Made by a program: the position numbers and the translations under genes. The notes below the pieces were generated by a model, which was not told where the DNA came from, ran no database searches, and worked only from the letters and a program-made list of their open reading frames with translations. A stretch of 63,728 nucleotides of DNA, counting the filler. It is 4 parts of 4 records of this genome, joined end to end, with 100 filler letters (N's around TTAATTAATTAA, not from the genome) between each part and the next. Parts side by side here need not be neighbours in the genome. Positions count along the whole stretch, not along the records: positions 1 to 21,253 come from SRR20825010_6159; positions 21,354 to 45,131 come from SRR20825010_6164; 2 more parts are not named here. One strand, written 5' to 3'. Shown piece after piece: positions 11,819-21,490 of this stretch. Position 1 is the first letter of the stretch. Every line of letters begins with the position of its first letter.

Positions 11819-12928
11819 CTACTCTTTGTTGAGGAATGCGAGGATACGCCGCAACCGCTCTTTGCGGATTGCTTCACCCAGTTCTTTTCCACGAAACCCT
11901 TGTTCCATCAGGGTTTTCGCCTGTACCCCGGTGGCGGCGTGTTGCGCGGATTCCAGCCAATCCACCCTGTGCCGCTCTGGCTCCGGCAGCGCGCATTTCA
12001 GAGCAACCAATAGGCCGGAAAATCGGTCTGCCCGACGCCACACGTCTGCTCCATCCAGCATGTCCAGCAACAGGTCGGCGTCGTGAGACGTCATGGTGTG
12101 GATCTTTGGTATCACGTCGGTGATGAGGCGGGTGAGATCCTGGCAGTCGTTGGGGGCTTTCAGTGCCCTGGCTCGATTCCGGGCTTCGGCTGGCGCCAGG
12201 GGGGAAAGCAGCGCGGCGAAGCGGACACTCGTATCATCGCTGCTTTCGTGGGCACGGCGCAAGGCGCCGATGGCGCCTGAAAACGCCTCGAGTGGCTCAA
12301 GCTCCGGTATAAGGACGGCTAGTGCGCCGCATTCACGCAGGACTTCGAAAAAGGTGCCGGGTTCCTGCTCATGCAACGCTCGCTGGATTTCCTGCCATAC
12401 CCGCTCCGGCACCAGGTCGCCGACCTCGCCCTGGTCCACCATCTGCCGCATCAGCGCCATGGTGGGTTCGGCAATGGTGAATCCCTGGGGCTGCAGGCGG
12501 GCAGCAAAGCGTGCGGTGCGCAGTATGCGCAGCGGATCCTCGGCGAAGGCCTCGGAAACGTGGCGTAGTTTGTGATCCTGCAGGTCCTGGCGGCCGTGGA
12601 AGGGGTCGACAATTTCACCTGCGGTGGACTTTGCCATGGCGTTGATGGTCAGGTCACGGCGCTTCAGATCGTCCTCAAGGGGCACGTCCGGGGCGCTGTA
12701 CACGGTAAATCCGTGGTAGCCTCGCCCCTGCTTTCGTTCCGTTCGTGCTAATGCGTACTCCTCCCGGGTGTCTGGGTGAAGGAATACCGGAAAATCCGCG
12801 CCTACCTGCTTGAAGCCCTTTCGCAACATGTCTTCCGGAGTTGCACCGGTGACCACCCAGTCCCGGTCTTTGACCGGCAGACCAAGAAGTTCATCACGGA
12901 CGGCTCCGCCCACCAGATAGGTTTTCAT
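11819..12928 (-). CDS. cca: CCA tRNA nucleotidyltransferase (short form, HD motif absent)
   Basis: YLVGGAVRD, DRDWVV, EYALARTE, RRDLTINA, EDPLRILR. Confidence 0.93.
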   Translation of the reverse strand: MKTYLVGGAVRDELLGLPVKDRDWVVTGATPEDMLRKGFKQVGADFPVFLHPDTREEYALARTERKQGRGYHGFTVYSAPDVPLEDDLKRRDLTINAMAKSTAGEIVDPFHGRQDLQDHKLRHVSEAFAEDPLRILRTARFAARLQPQGFTIAEPTMALMRQMVDQGEVGDLVPERVWQEIQRALHEQEPGTFFEVLRECGALAVLIPELEPLEAFSGAIGALRRAHESSDDTSVRFAALLSPLAPAEARNRARALKAPNDCQDLTRLITDVIPKIHTMTSHDADLLLDMLDGADVWRRADRFSGLLVALKCALPEPERHRVDWLESAQHAATGVQAKTLMEQGFRGKELGEAIRKERLRRILAFLNKE

Positions 12929-13008
12929 GGATTGGGTTCTGCTCCTTGAGGGATGTTGCTCTGGGGATTATCCCGGCAAGGCTGGCCACAGGCAAACCGG
13001 TTGGCCAC

Positions 13009-13036
13009 AAAAAAAGCCCGGTATCAAACCGGGCTT
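13009..13036 (-). terminator. intrinsic terminator downstream of the TraF-like gene
   Basis: Minus strand AAGCCCGGT-TTGAT-ACCGGGC-TTTTTTT. Confidence 0.8.
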
Positions 13037-13061
13037 GGTGGACTGCTTCTATACAACAGGC

Positions 13062-14321
13062 TTAGAACGCAGCGCCGAACTCAATCGCCGCGCCCAGATC
13101 GGCATCGCTGATCAGGCCGCCGATATCGAGGCGGGCACCGAAGGGCGACAGGCCGATACCGGCCGTAAACTGGGTGTCTTCCTCGATGCCATCGTTGTCG
13201 TCATTGCTGGCCAGGTTCTGGCGCACGCCGAAGCGAAGTTGCGCGTAGCGGAAAGCGTCGAACTCCGCGCCGAGAGCAACCCACTGGGTGTCATCCTCAT
13301 AGCCGAAGGCTTTCTTTTCCGTCAGGTCCACTTCTGCGGTCAGCACGTGGAAGTCGCCTTTATGGGCGATGCCCGCAGTTACCATCGGCTCAAGTTCCAG
13401 AGTGCGCTTTTCCTCGTCTGGGCGGCTGGCTGCAGAGTCCAGCTCCATCGGGATCAGGTTCTTGACCGCAATGCCGGCATTCCACTGGTTGCGGGATCCG
13501 AAAGCGTAGGCGGCGCCCACGTCCAGGTTGAACCCGCTCTTGTCGGTCTGGTATTCGTCGCTGTCGAACTCGTCGTCCTCAAACCCGGAGACGGTTTCGG
13601 TGTATTGGAAGGTGCGCAGTTGAACGTATTTTGGCGATACGCCGAGTTGCAGCCGTGAGCTGTCCTGAAGCTCTATGGAAGTGGCGATGGAAAGACCTAC
13701 TTCGGCAACGGCAGAGGCCAGGATGCGGCCGCGGGACTCCAGGTCGCGGTCGAGATCGGCGGCAATCAGGTCGACGATGCTTGCCGTTTCCAGGTCGGCC
13801 AGAAACTGCTCGTCGTCCTCGTCGAACTCCCCGCGGACGGTGGCGCGAACGTTGCCGTTGGTGAAAAAGCCGACGGCAAAAGACTCGGTGGGCACGGCCA
13901 GGGCGAGTCCCAGGCCGCCGTCAATCCGGACGGTGTCGCGGTCAAAGTCATTGAGCTGGCGTCTCAGGTCACCGGCGGCTTGGCGGGCATCTTGCGGGTT
14001 GGACGTCTTATCCAGTTCCTGGAAGCGATCAATCGTGTCTTGAATATCGTCGATCTGATCAACGGTTTCCTCTTCGTCCGCAAAGCGGGCGTTGACGGAG
14101 GGCAGCATCAGACCAAAATCGTTGGACCATTCATGGTGGTCTGCAGCCATCATCGCCGGATTGGTGGCGCCCGCCGCAGCCGGATGGGCGACGGCAACAC
14201 CGGTGCCGCCCATGGCGAAGGAGCGTGACGACATGAACGCCTGCGGGCTCGCGATGGCGGAGGTGGTGGCGATGGAAAGGCCGATGGCCAGTGATAGCTT
14301 GGTCAGACGATATGGGGTCAT
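13062..14321 (-). CDS. TraF_2-like outer-membrane beta-barrel protein
   Basis: Signal peptide, RSFAMGGTGVA...NPA N-terminal motif, amphipathic strands, C-terminal Phe; no other tra genes nearby. Confidence 0.75.
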   Translation of the reverse strand: MTPYRLTKLSLAIGLSIATTSAIASPQAFMSSRSFAMGGTGVAVAHPAAAGATNPAMMAADHHEWSNDFGLMLPSVNARFADEEETVDQIDDIQDTIDRFQELDKTSNPQDARQAAGDLRRQLNDFDRDTVRIDGGLGLALAVPTESFAVGFFTNGNVRATVRGEFDEDDEQFLADLETASIVDLIAADLDRDLESRGRILASAVAEVGLSIATSIELQDSSRLQLGVSPKYVQLRTFQYTETVSGFEDDEFDSDEYQTDKSGFNLDVGAAYAFGSRNQWNAGIAVKNLIPMELDSAASRPDEEKRTLELEPMVTAGIAHKGDFHVLTAEVDLTEKKAFGYEDDTQWVALGAEFDAFRYAQLRFGVRQNLASNDDNDGIEEDTQFTAGIGLSPFGARLDIGGLISDADLGAAIEFGAAF

Positions 14322-14522
14322 GATGTGTCCTGATGAAGCGATGATACTGCTAATTTAAAAATGACATTCAGTTCAGGTTAATTCAGTTGCCACCGTGACT
14401 CACCGGTGATGCGGTAACGGTTTGTTTTTTTACTGTAAATAGCGGTAGTTTTTTGCCGCCTGGTTTCTGTGTGGCGGGCCCGGTGGGACATGAAATTATG
14501 GAATTCAGTCGGTTACAAAGGT

Positions 14523-14538
14523 TGGCGTGAATTTTTCA
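14523..14538 (+). promoter_or_regulatory. possible sigma54-type promoter for the flgP/flgT-like genes
   Basis: TGGCGTG-AATT-TTTCA against consensus TGGCACG-N4-TTGCW; the -12 G is mismatched. Confidence 0.25.
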
Positions 14539-14576
14539 TAAGGGCAGTGAACAGATGTTTTTTGCGGAGAACCAAC

Positions 14577-15119
14577 ATGACCCTGCGGCGGATACTGATA
14601 CCTGCGCTGGTGGTAACAATGATCGGCTGCGCCCCCGTGGGCCAGCACCGGAACGCCAGTGCCGACCGGCAGCAGACCGAACTGGACCCGATTACGGTGA
14701 GGGTTAGCGGCTTCGGAACCTATGAGCAAGTGTCGAAAGATCGCCTGAACACGCGTAAGCGCTTGCTTGCCCGGCGTGCGTCCCAGTTGGATGCCTATCG
14801 CAACCTGGCGGAACGGGTTTATGGCACCGTGATCTACGGCAGCTCAACGGTTAACGATTTCGTATTGCAGAACGATATGTTCCGCACCTACGTTGATAGC
14901 TACATCCGTGGCGCCAAAATGGTTGCCGTGAATGAACACAGTGACGGCGTGGTGGAAACCGTTATGGAACTCAAGCTGGAGCCCAGGTTCCGTGCCTGTG
15001 TTTCCCGCGTAACCGATCGGGAAGTGCAGGACCTGTGCCCAATTCCGATGCCCAGAGGCAATGACAGCACCGGAGATTTCCAGAGCCGGGGCGTTGATTC
15101 CCTCTACTACCTCGAATAA
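14577..15119 (+). CDS. flgP: LPP20/FlgP-like lipoprotein
   Basis: Lipobox MIGC; LLARRASQLDAYRNLAERVYG and IRGA motifs typical of FlgP; RBS GGAGA before ATG 14577. Confidence 0.75.
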   Translation: MTLRRILIPALVVTMIGCAPVGQHRNASADRQQTELDPITVRVSGFGTYEQVSKDRLNTRKRLLARRASQLDAYRNLAERVYGTVIYGSSTVNDFVLQNDMFRTYVDSYIRGAKMVAVNEHSDGVVETVMELKLEPRFRACVSRVTDREVQDLCPIPMPRGNDSTGDFQSRGVDSLYYLE

Positions 15120-15133
15120 GAGAACGATTTCCC

Positions 15134-16330
15134 ATGAAGCTGGCTATTTCCGTTGTCACAGCACTGTTGGTAATTGCGTGTGGCGGTGCCCAGGCAGTGG
15201 TGCTGGAGGGCGTCGGCCACGCCACCATTTACAACGATGACGTCGACAGCGCACGGCAGGAGGCTAAGAAGGCGGCGTTAAGGGATGTTTCCCTGCAGTA
15301 TGAAGCCAGGATCAGTAGCCGCGACACCATGGAAAACGGTGTGGTGACGGAATCCCGCCTACAGGTTGCCTCGTCGGCGCGGGCAAAGTCCGTTGAAGTG
15401 GTGGACGAGTACCGGCGGGGCAATTTGTTACGTGTCACGGTTCGCGCCGACATGTCGGCCGGCGGCCAGTGCCAGGCCGGCGATGCCGCAGAGTTGAGAA
15501 AGCGCGTGGCCGTGACCGGTTTCCCCATGGTGTATCCGGATCAGGCCCGGATAGGGCGCATAGGGGATGCCGGCGAAGTCTTGCCGCAATTGTTGCAGGC
15601 AGATCTACAGAGTGGTGGCCAACTCCAGGTTTTTGGTGCGACCACCCAGCGCCTGTTTGATGACCTGCTTAATGCCCCAACGCACCAGAAATTCAACAAT
15701 CGATTGAGCAACGTGATCCAGGTGGCTCGCGAGCTTGGGGTGCAGTTTGTGGTTACCGGTGTCATCCGTGATGTTGGCGTGTCTGATCCGGACGCCTGGG
15801 GAAGTTCTGTTATCGACCGCCTGCAACGGGGCATTGGTGCGGCGAACCAGAACCGGCGGTTTGTGGTGGACATGATGGTTTATGACGGCTTCAGCGGCGC
15901 ACCTGTCTATCAGGAGCGGTTTTCGGCGGAGGCACGTTGGAATGCTGGGCCGGGGTCTTCTGATGGGTTCGGGTCGGCGGGTTTCCGGGAAACCGAGTAC
16001 GGACAGGCTGTTGCGGGATTGATGAACAACATGGTGTCTGCGGTCAATGATGCGCTTGCTTGTCAGCCATTCATCACGCGGGTGACGAGAGTCGACGGCA
16101 ACAAGGTCACGCTGGATTCCGGAGCCACGGCAGGCTTGCGCCCGGGGGATGAGCTGAAACTCTATCGCAGTGCCAGTTTCTTCGATTCACCCGGGGCGAC
16201 CCCGGAACTGGTGGACAGCCGCGCCACCATGACAGTGAACAACGTTCACCCGGATTTCAGTAACGGCAGCATTCCTGTCTTTGGCGGGCTGATCAATATA
16301 CAGCGGGATGACGTGGCTATTGTCTGGTAG
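15134..16330 (+). CDS. flgT: flagellar assembly protein T-like (FlgT N/M/C domains)
   Basis: Signal peptide; G.A.I......AR..A...AL N-domain; L.CQP, G...GLRPGD C-domain; follows the flgP-like gene. Confidence 0.75.
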   Translation: MKLAISVVTALLVIACGGAQAVVLEGVGHATIYNDDVDSARQEAKKAALRDVSLQYEARISSRDTMENGVVTESRLQVASSARAKSVEVVDEYRRGNLLRVTVRADMSAGGQCQAGDAAELRKRVAVTGFPMVYPDQARIGRIGDAGEVLPQLLQADLQSGGQLQVFGATTQRLFDDLLNAPTHQKFNNRLSNVIQVARELGVQFVVTGVIRDVGVSDPDAWGSSVIDRLQRGIGAANQNRRFVVDMMVYDGFSGAPVYQERFSAEARWNAGPGSSDGFGSAGFRETEYGQAVAGLMNNMVSAVNDALACQPFITRVTRVDGNKVTLDSGATAGLRPGDELKLYRSASFFDSPGATPELVDSRATMTVNNVHPDFSNGSIPVFGGLINIQRDDVAIVW

Positions 16331-16340
16331 GGCTGCTCAA

Positions 16341-16802
16341 TCAGGCTGCGGCGGTTTCCGCAGCCACATCCCGGATCTTGCCAACCATGGCTCTCAGGCC
16401 GTTGCCCCGTGTGGGCGAGATGTGGCGGAACAGATCCAGTTGTTCGAACAGCTCGTCGATGTCCGTGGCCAGCAGGTCCCTGGGAGACTTGCCATTCAGG
16501 GCCACCAGGATAATGGCGGCAAGGCCGCGAACGATGATGGCGTCAGAGTCAATCAGCAGGTACAGCTTGCCACTTTGCTCATCGTAATGATGGATCAGCC
16601 ACACCTGGCTCTGACAGCCGTGAACGTAATTCTCTTCCCTGCGCTCGTCGTCCGGAAATGCCGGTAGCTGCTTGCCAAGGTCGATAATGAACGCGTAACG
16701 CTCTTCCCAGTCGTCCAGGAATTCAAAGCCATCGAGGACGTCTTCGAGGGTGGTGTCTTTCCCGAGCGGATTGTTCAAAAACTCCTGTTCAGCGGCAGTC
16801 AT
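16341..16802 (-). CDS. sufE: Fe-S cluster sulfur acceptor SufE
   Basis: DWEERY..IIDLG, VHGCQSQVW, DSDA.IVRGL, SPTRGNGL. Confidence 0.95.
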   Translation of the reverse strand: MTAAEQEFLNNPLGKDTTLEDVLDGFEFLDDWEERYAFIIDLGKQLPAFPDDERREENYVHGCQSQVWLIHHYDEQSGKLYLLIDSDAIIVRGLAAIILVALNGKSPRDLLATDIDELFEQLDLFRHISPTRGNGLRAMVGKIRDVAAETAAA

Positions 16803-17344
16803 TACAGCATCCCCAATTCAAGCTTGGCTTCGTCGGTGAGCATGTCATTGTTCCAGGGTGGATCGAAGGTCAGTTCGACGGTCACCTTGTCCACATTGGG
16901 TACATGCTCAAGCTTGGTCTTGACGTCTTCAGTGATCACCGGGCCCATGCCGCAGCCGGCGGCCGTGAGTGTCATCTTGACGTACACATGGTTGCCGTCT
17001 TCCGTGCCATTCTGTATTTCACACTCGTAGATCAGGCCCAGCTCCACCACGTTGACCGGAATTTCCGGGTCGTAGCAGTTGCGCATCGCTTCCCACACCT
17101 GGTTTTCGTTCACCGTACCGTCTTCGGGGGTGTCGAAGCTGCTTTCAAGGGGCTTCTTGCCCAGTGCATCGGCATTGTGGCCTTCAATACGAGCGAGGTT
17201 GCCGTTCACGGCCACGGTGAAGCTACCACCGAGTGACTGTGTGATGGTGACGAAGGTGTCCGACGGAATCATGATTTCGGTTCCGGCGGGCACCAGGCGC
17301 GCCTCTACTTCGCGTTTGGTCAGGACCACTTCCCGTTCTTGCAT
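16802..17344 (-). CDS. sufT: Fe-S assembly protein SufT (DUF59)
   Basis: YDPEIPVNVVELGLIY, MTLTAAGCGMG, FDPPW. Confidence 0.93.
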   Translation of the reverse strand: MQEREVVLTKREVEARLVPAGTEIMIPSDTFVTITQSLGGSFTVAVNGNLARIEGHNADALGKKPLESSFDTPEDGTVNENQVWEAMRNCYDPEIPVNVVELGLIYECEIQNGTEDGNHVYVKMTLTAAGCGMGPVITEDVKTKLEHVPNVDKVTVELTFDPPWNNDMLTDEAKLELGML

Positions 17345-17384
17345 GCCTTAATGGGCCTCGTATTCGCTATCTGGTTTGTCGGGT

Positions 17385-17738
17385 TCAGGCGACTGTAAAG
17401 CTCTCGCCACAACCGCACTCTGCCGTCGCATTCGGATTCCGGAACTGGAACAGGGAGTTCACCCCTTCGGTCACAAAATCAATTTCAATGCCGTTCACCA
17501 GAGGCAGGTGCTCTTCCTTTACAAAGACGTCCACACCGTCGATGTGAAAAACCTTGTCGTCCGCTGCGGCTTCTTCCACCCACTGGGTTTCATACTTGAA
17601 GCCGGAACAGCCGCTTTTCTTGATCGCCAGGCGGATACCTTTCGCCTCAGGCTTCTTGTCCAGTTGTTTGCGTACGTGTTTCACCGCTGTCGGGGTCATG
17701 GTGACCGCCACGGTTGGTGTGAAGACTTCGGCTGTCAT
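17385..17738 (-). CDS. sufA: A-type Fe-S carrier (SufA/IscA family)
   Basis: SGCSG and CGCGESF; start at ATG 17738 after GGAGG. Confidence 0.9.
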   Translation of the reverse strand: MTAEVFTPTVAVTMTPTAVKHVRKQLDKKPEAKGIRLAIKKSGCSGFKYETQWVEEAAADDKVFHIDGVDVFVKEEHLPLVNGIEIDFVTEGVNSLFQFRNPNATAECGCGESFTVA

Positions 17739-17751
17739 ATTTCCACCTCCA

Positions 17752-19005
17752 TCAGGCAAACAGACGCTGGATTTTCTGCAGGGCAGTGAATAATTGTTCC
17801 ACTTCCTCCAGCGTATTGTAAAACGCAAAGGACGCCCGGGCTGTACCGGGAACCCCGTAAAAGTCCATCAGCGGCATGGCGCAGTGGTGGCCAGTGCGAA
17901 TCGCGATGCCCTGCTGATCCAGCAGTGTTCCTATATCACTGGGGTGCAGGCCGGAGATTTTAAAGGACATGACCGGCACCTTTTGGCTGGCCGTACCGAT
18001 GATTTCCATGCCCGGGACCGACTCGACCAGTTCGTTGGCGCGGGTGAGAAGCGCGTTTTCCGACGCTTCCATGCCATTGCGATCCAGGTTGCCCAGATAA
18101 TCAATGGCCGCGCCCAGGCCGATGGCCTCGGCAACCGGCGGTGTGCCGGCCTCGAACTTGTAAGGCAGCACGTTCCAGGTGGTGCGCTCGAACGACACCC
18201 GCTCAATCATTTCACCGCCACCCTGGAACGGGGGCATTTCTTCCAGCAACTGGGCCTTGCCGTACAGCACGCCAACGCCCGTCGGGCCGAACAGCTTGTG
18301 GGACGAGAACACGTAGAAATCACAGCCCAGAGCCTGTACGTCCGGCTGGAAGTGCGGCACCGCCTGTGCGCCGTCGATAACGGTGATCACGCCGTGAGCC
18401 TTGGCCTGCTCAATCAGCGGTGCAATCGGGTTCACCGTGCCCAGGACGTTGGACACGTGCGTCAGTGCCAGTACCCGGGTGCGGTCGCCCAGCAAACTAT
18501 TGAACGAGTCCAGATCCAATTCACCCTGTGGAGTGATCTGGATGGGAACCACCTTCGCGCCCGTGCGCTCGGCCACCATCTGCCAGGGCACGATGTTGGC
18601 GTGATGTTCCATATGGCTGACGAGAATTTCGTCACCAGGCTTGAGGCGGCCGGCCAAGCCGTTGGCCACCACGTTGATGGCCTCGGTGGTGCCACGGGTC
18701 CAGATAATCTCGCGGGTGCTGTCAGCGTTCAGGAACGCGCGAACCTTCTCCCGGGCGCCCTCGAAGGCGCTGGTGGCGCGGTCGCCAAGCGTGTGGGCGC
18801 CCCGATGGACGTTGGAATGCATTTCCCGGTAATAGCGATCCATGGCGTCCAGCACGGCGATGGGCTTCTGTGACGAAGCGCCGTTGTCCAGATACACGAG
18901 GGGCTTGCCGTTGATCTGCTGATCAAGAATCGGAAAGTCCCGGCGAATGGCCTCGACGTCGAACGCCGCAGTGCCCGCCTTTTTGGCCATGGAAAGGTCT
19001 GTCAT
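17752..19005 (-). CDS. sufS: cysteine desulfurase
   Basis: YLDNGAS, EHHANIVPW, SSHK, RTGHHCA. Confidence 0.95.
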   Translation of the reverse strand: MTDLSMAKKAGTAAFDVEAIRRDFPILDQQINGKPLVYLDNGASSQKPIAVLDAMDRYYREMHSNVHRGAHTLGDRATSAFEGAREKVRAFLNADSTREIIWTRGTTEAINVVANGLAGRLKPGDEILVSHMEHHANIVPWQMVAERTGAKVVPIQITPQGELDLDSFNSLLGDRTRVLALTHVSNVLGTVNPIAPLIEQAKAHGVITVIDGAQAVPHFQPDVQALGCDFYVFSSHKLFGPTGVGVLYGKAQLLEEMPPFQGGGEMIERVSFERTTWNVLPYKFEAGTPPVAEAIGLGAAIDYLGNLDRNGMEASENALLTRANELVESVPGMEIIGTASQKVPVMSFKISGLHPSDIGTLLDQQGIAIRTGHHCAMPLMDFYGVPGTARASFAFYNTLEEVEQLFTALQKIQRLFA

Positions 19006-19011
19006 AACCGG

Positions 19012-20298
19012 TCAGGCCTCCTGAAACGTCTGATCGAAAAATTCATTCAGCCGGAGCTGGGCAGCGTCTTTGACCGCCTGAACCGGAATCTGTTCAACAA
19101 GTTCGTTAATGAAGGCCATTGTCAAAAGGGTATTGGCCTCACGGCGACCGATGCCGCGGGATACCAGATAGAACAGGGAAATCCTGTCGAGCTGGCCGAT
19201 CGTTGCGCCATGGGCGCATTTGACGTCGTCCGCGTAAATCTCCAACTCGGGCTTGGTGTCGATTTCGGCGCCGGTGGAGAGCAACAGGTTCTTGTTGTTC
19301 ATGTTCGCGTTGGACTTCTGGGCATCCTCGTGGATATGGATGCGGCCATTGAACACCGCGTGGGACTCGTCTGCAGCGATATTGCGATAGGTTTCCTCGC
19401 TGTCGCAGTGGGCGGCCACGTGTTCAATAGAGGTATGGTTGTCGTAGTGCTGTTTGCCCTGGGTGACAACCACGCCGTTCAGTTTGCACTCACCGCCTTC
19501 GCCTTCCAGGCGAACCTGCAGGTCATGGCGACGCAGTGGTCCGCCGAAGCCCACGCAGTGGCTCTCGAAGCGGGAGTTGGCGGCCTGGCGAACACCGGTA
19601 GCCCCGATGTGCTGTACATTTTCGCCTTCCATGACCAGCCGCACATTCGTGACCTGTGCTCCATCTGCCAGTACAAACTCGGTGACGGTATCCACCATGA
19701 CCGGCTCCTCGCCACTGGAGAGGTATTCCTCTACCACCGTAATCTGGCTGTGACGCGCGGCATCCACATAAATGCGCGGGTACGCCGAGCCGGAAGCTGT
19801 GCCGGTCACTTCGTGCACGATGAACAGCGGCTGATCGAGAACCGCTTCCTTGTCCAGCTGGATGTACAGGCCGTCTTCAAAGCGAGCGGAGTTCAGTCGC
19901 GCCATCTGTACGGCACGGGTGTCCAGCGTGTTGTCCAGGCGTTCGGCCAGGGCCGCGGCCTCGTCATCGTCCAGATCGGCGAAGCGTTGAATGCGGATGC
20001 CGTCCAGGTCCGGAAAGTCCGAGGCCTCCGGAATCATCACGCCGTTGTGGAACACCACGCGATAACCGGGAATCGACAAGCTGCAGCCGTCCTTGCCGGT
20101 TGCGGGCAGGGTGGTGGCCAGTTCGTCGGTCAGCTTCAGGTGCCGGCTGGAGTATTTCCAGTTCTCGGTTTTGCGGGTGGGCAATGGCATATCCACCAGT
20201 GCCGTGCCCCGCTGTTTGCGCAGTTCAAGCAACGGCTCGGGCAGCGAATGCCCGCCCGGCTCAAGGAAGGCGCTGGAAATGGTTGGTGCTGGTTTCAT
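19012..20298 (-). CDS. sufD: Fe-S assembly protein SufD
   Basis: E.WKY, VFNGRI, KPELEIYADDVKCAHGAT, FYLVSRGI. Confidence 0.95.
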   Translation of the reverse strand: MKPAPTISSAFLEPGGHSLPEPLLELRKQRGTALVDMPLPTRKTENWKYSSRHLKLTDELATTLPATGKDGCSLSIPGYRVVFHNGVMIPEASDFPDLDGIRIQRFADLDDDEAAALAERLDNTLDTRAVQMARLNSARFEDGLYIQLDKEAVLDQPLFIVHEVTGTASGSAYPRIYVDAARHSQITVVEEYLSSGEEPVMVDTVTEFVLADGAQVTNVRLVMEGENVQHIGATGVRQAANSRFESHCVGFGGPLRRHDLQVRLEGEGGECKLNGVVVTQGKQHYDNHTSIEHVAAHCDSEETYRNIAADESHAVFNGRIHIHEDAQKSNANMNNKNLLLSTGAEIDTKPELEIYADDVKCAHGATIGQLDRISLFYLVSRGIGRREANTLLTMAFINELVEQIPVQAVKDAAQLRLNEFFDQTFQEA

Positions 20299-20310
20299 TC
20301 CACGGCCTCC

Positions 20311-21084
20311 TTAGCTGGCTGCACTGGGGGTGGCTTCTTCGTCTTTCACGCCGAGCCAGCCGTAGCCACGCTCTTCGAGCTCGAGGGCCAGCTCGCGACC
20401 CCCGGATTTGACGATCCTGCCACCGGCCAGTACATGAACATGGTCTGGCACAATGTGGTTCAGCAGACGCTGGTAGTGAGTCACCATTAGAATGGCACGA
20501 TCTTCGGCGCGCAGGGCGTTTACGCCCTTGGAAACCACCTGCAGGGCATCAATGTCGAGCCCTGAGTCTGTCTCATCCAGAATGGCCAGCTTTGGCTGCA
20601 GCAACAGCGCCTGAAGAATCTCATTGCGCTTCTTCTCGCCACCGGAGAAGCCTTCGTTGACACCGCGCTTGAGGAACGCCGGGTCCAGGTCCACCTGTTT
20701 GGAAACCTCTTTGGCCAGCTTCATGAACTCCGCGGCGTTCATTTCCGGCTCGCCACGGTGTGTGCGCATGGCGTTGACGGCGGTGCGCAGGAACTGCAGG
20801 TTGCTGACGCCGGGAATCTCCACCGGATACTGGAACGCCAGGAAAATACCTTCACGAGCCCGCTCTTCGGTTTCAAGGTCCAGCAGGTTCTCGCCGTTCA
20901 GGCTGATTTCGCCCTGGGTTACCTCAAATGTCTCATTGCCTGCCAGCACCTGGGACAGGGTACTCTTGCCTGAGCCGTTGGGGCCCATGATGGCGTGAAC
21001 TTCCCCGGCCTTGATCTCCAGGTTGATGCCCTTGAGGATCTCTTCACCCTCAACGGATGCGTGCAGGTTCTTGATGCTTAGCAT
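20311..21084 (-). CDS. sufC: Fe-S assembly ATPase SufC
   Basis: GPNGSGKST, FQYPVEIPGV, GFSGGEKKR, DETDSGLD. Confidence 0.97.
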   Translation of the reverse strand: MLSIKNLHASVEGEEILKGINLEIKAGEVHAIMGPNGSGKSTLSQVLAGNETFEVTQGEISLNGENLLDLETEERAREGIFLAFQYPVEIPGVSNLQFLRTAVNAMRTHRGEPEMNAAEFMKLAKEVSKQVDLDPAFLKRGVNEGFSGGEKKRNEILQALLLQPKLAILDETDSGLDIDALQVVSKGVNALRAEDRAILMVTHYQRLLNHIVPDHVHVLAGGRIVKSGGRELALELEERGYGWLGVKDEEATPSAAS

Positions 21085-21144
21085 TTCTGGCGTCTCTCTA
21101 TAATCTGAAAACTGGAATCTGAAAATCTGTATATGAGCCTGGGC

Positions 21145-21253
21145 TTAACCAACGGACCCTTCAAGGCTGACTTCAAGCAACTTGCCGGCTTCCACGGCAA
21201 ACTCCATCGGCAGCTCCTTGAACACCTCTTTACAGAAGCCGTTCACGATCATG
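21145..21253 (-). CDS. sufB: SufB C-terminus (truncated at contig end)
   Basis: Reads [35 protein letters not shown]. Confidence 0.93.
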
Positions 21254-21353
21254 NNNNNNNNNNNNNNNNNNNNNNNNNNNNNNNNNNNNNNNNNNNNTTA
21301 ATTAATTAANNNNNNNNNNNNNNNNNNNNNNNNNNNNNNNNNNNNNNNNNNNN
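21254..21353. other. artificial contig linker
   Basis: N44-TTAATTAATTAA-N44 (stops in all six frames). Confidence 0.98.
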
Positions 21354-21387
21354 TGAGTACGCAAGGAGTTATTCAGAGGTTCCTTAA
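21354..21387. mobile_element. probable terminal inverted repeat of an IS5-family element or MITE at the contig start
   Basis: GGAGTTATTCAGAGGTTCC followed by TTAA; reverse complement GGAACCTCTGAATAA resembles IS5-group ends with a YTAR target; located at an assembly break. Confidence 0.5.
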
Positions 21388-21490
21388 CTTGTTATGGCTT
21401 TATTTATTTCGTCAGGTCAGCTCATCCCCGGACCTGAGTCACAAGACAATAGCATAAAAGGTAGCAAAAATAGGAGCCTGCGACTAATAG

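Noticed and set aside
13062-14321. 'TraF' as evidence of a conjugative element
   Set aside because: No relaxase, T4SS, integrase or att sites; embedded among housekeeping genes with matching composition
21098-21135. AATCTGA-like short repeats between sufB and sufC
   Set aside because: Too short and degenerate to support a call
21298-21309. TTAATTAATTAA repeated three times in the window
   Set aside because: Artificial six-frame-stop linker, not a biological repeat
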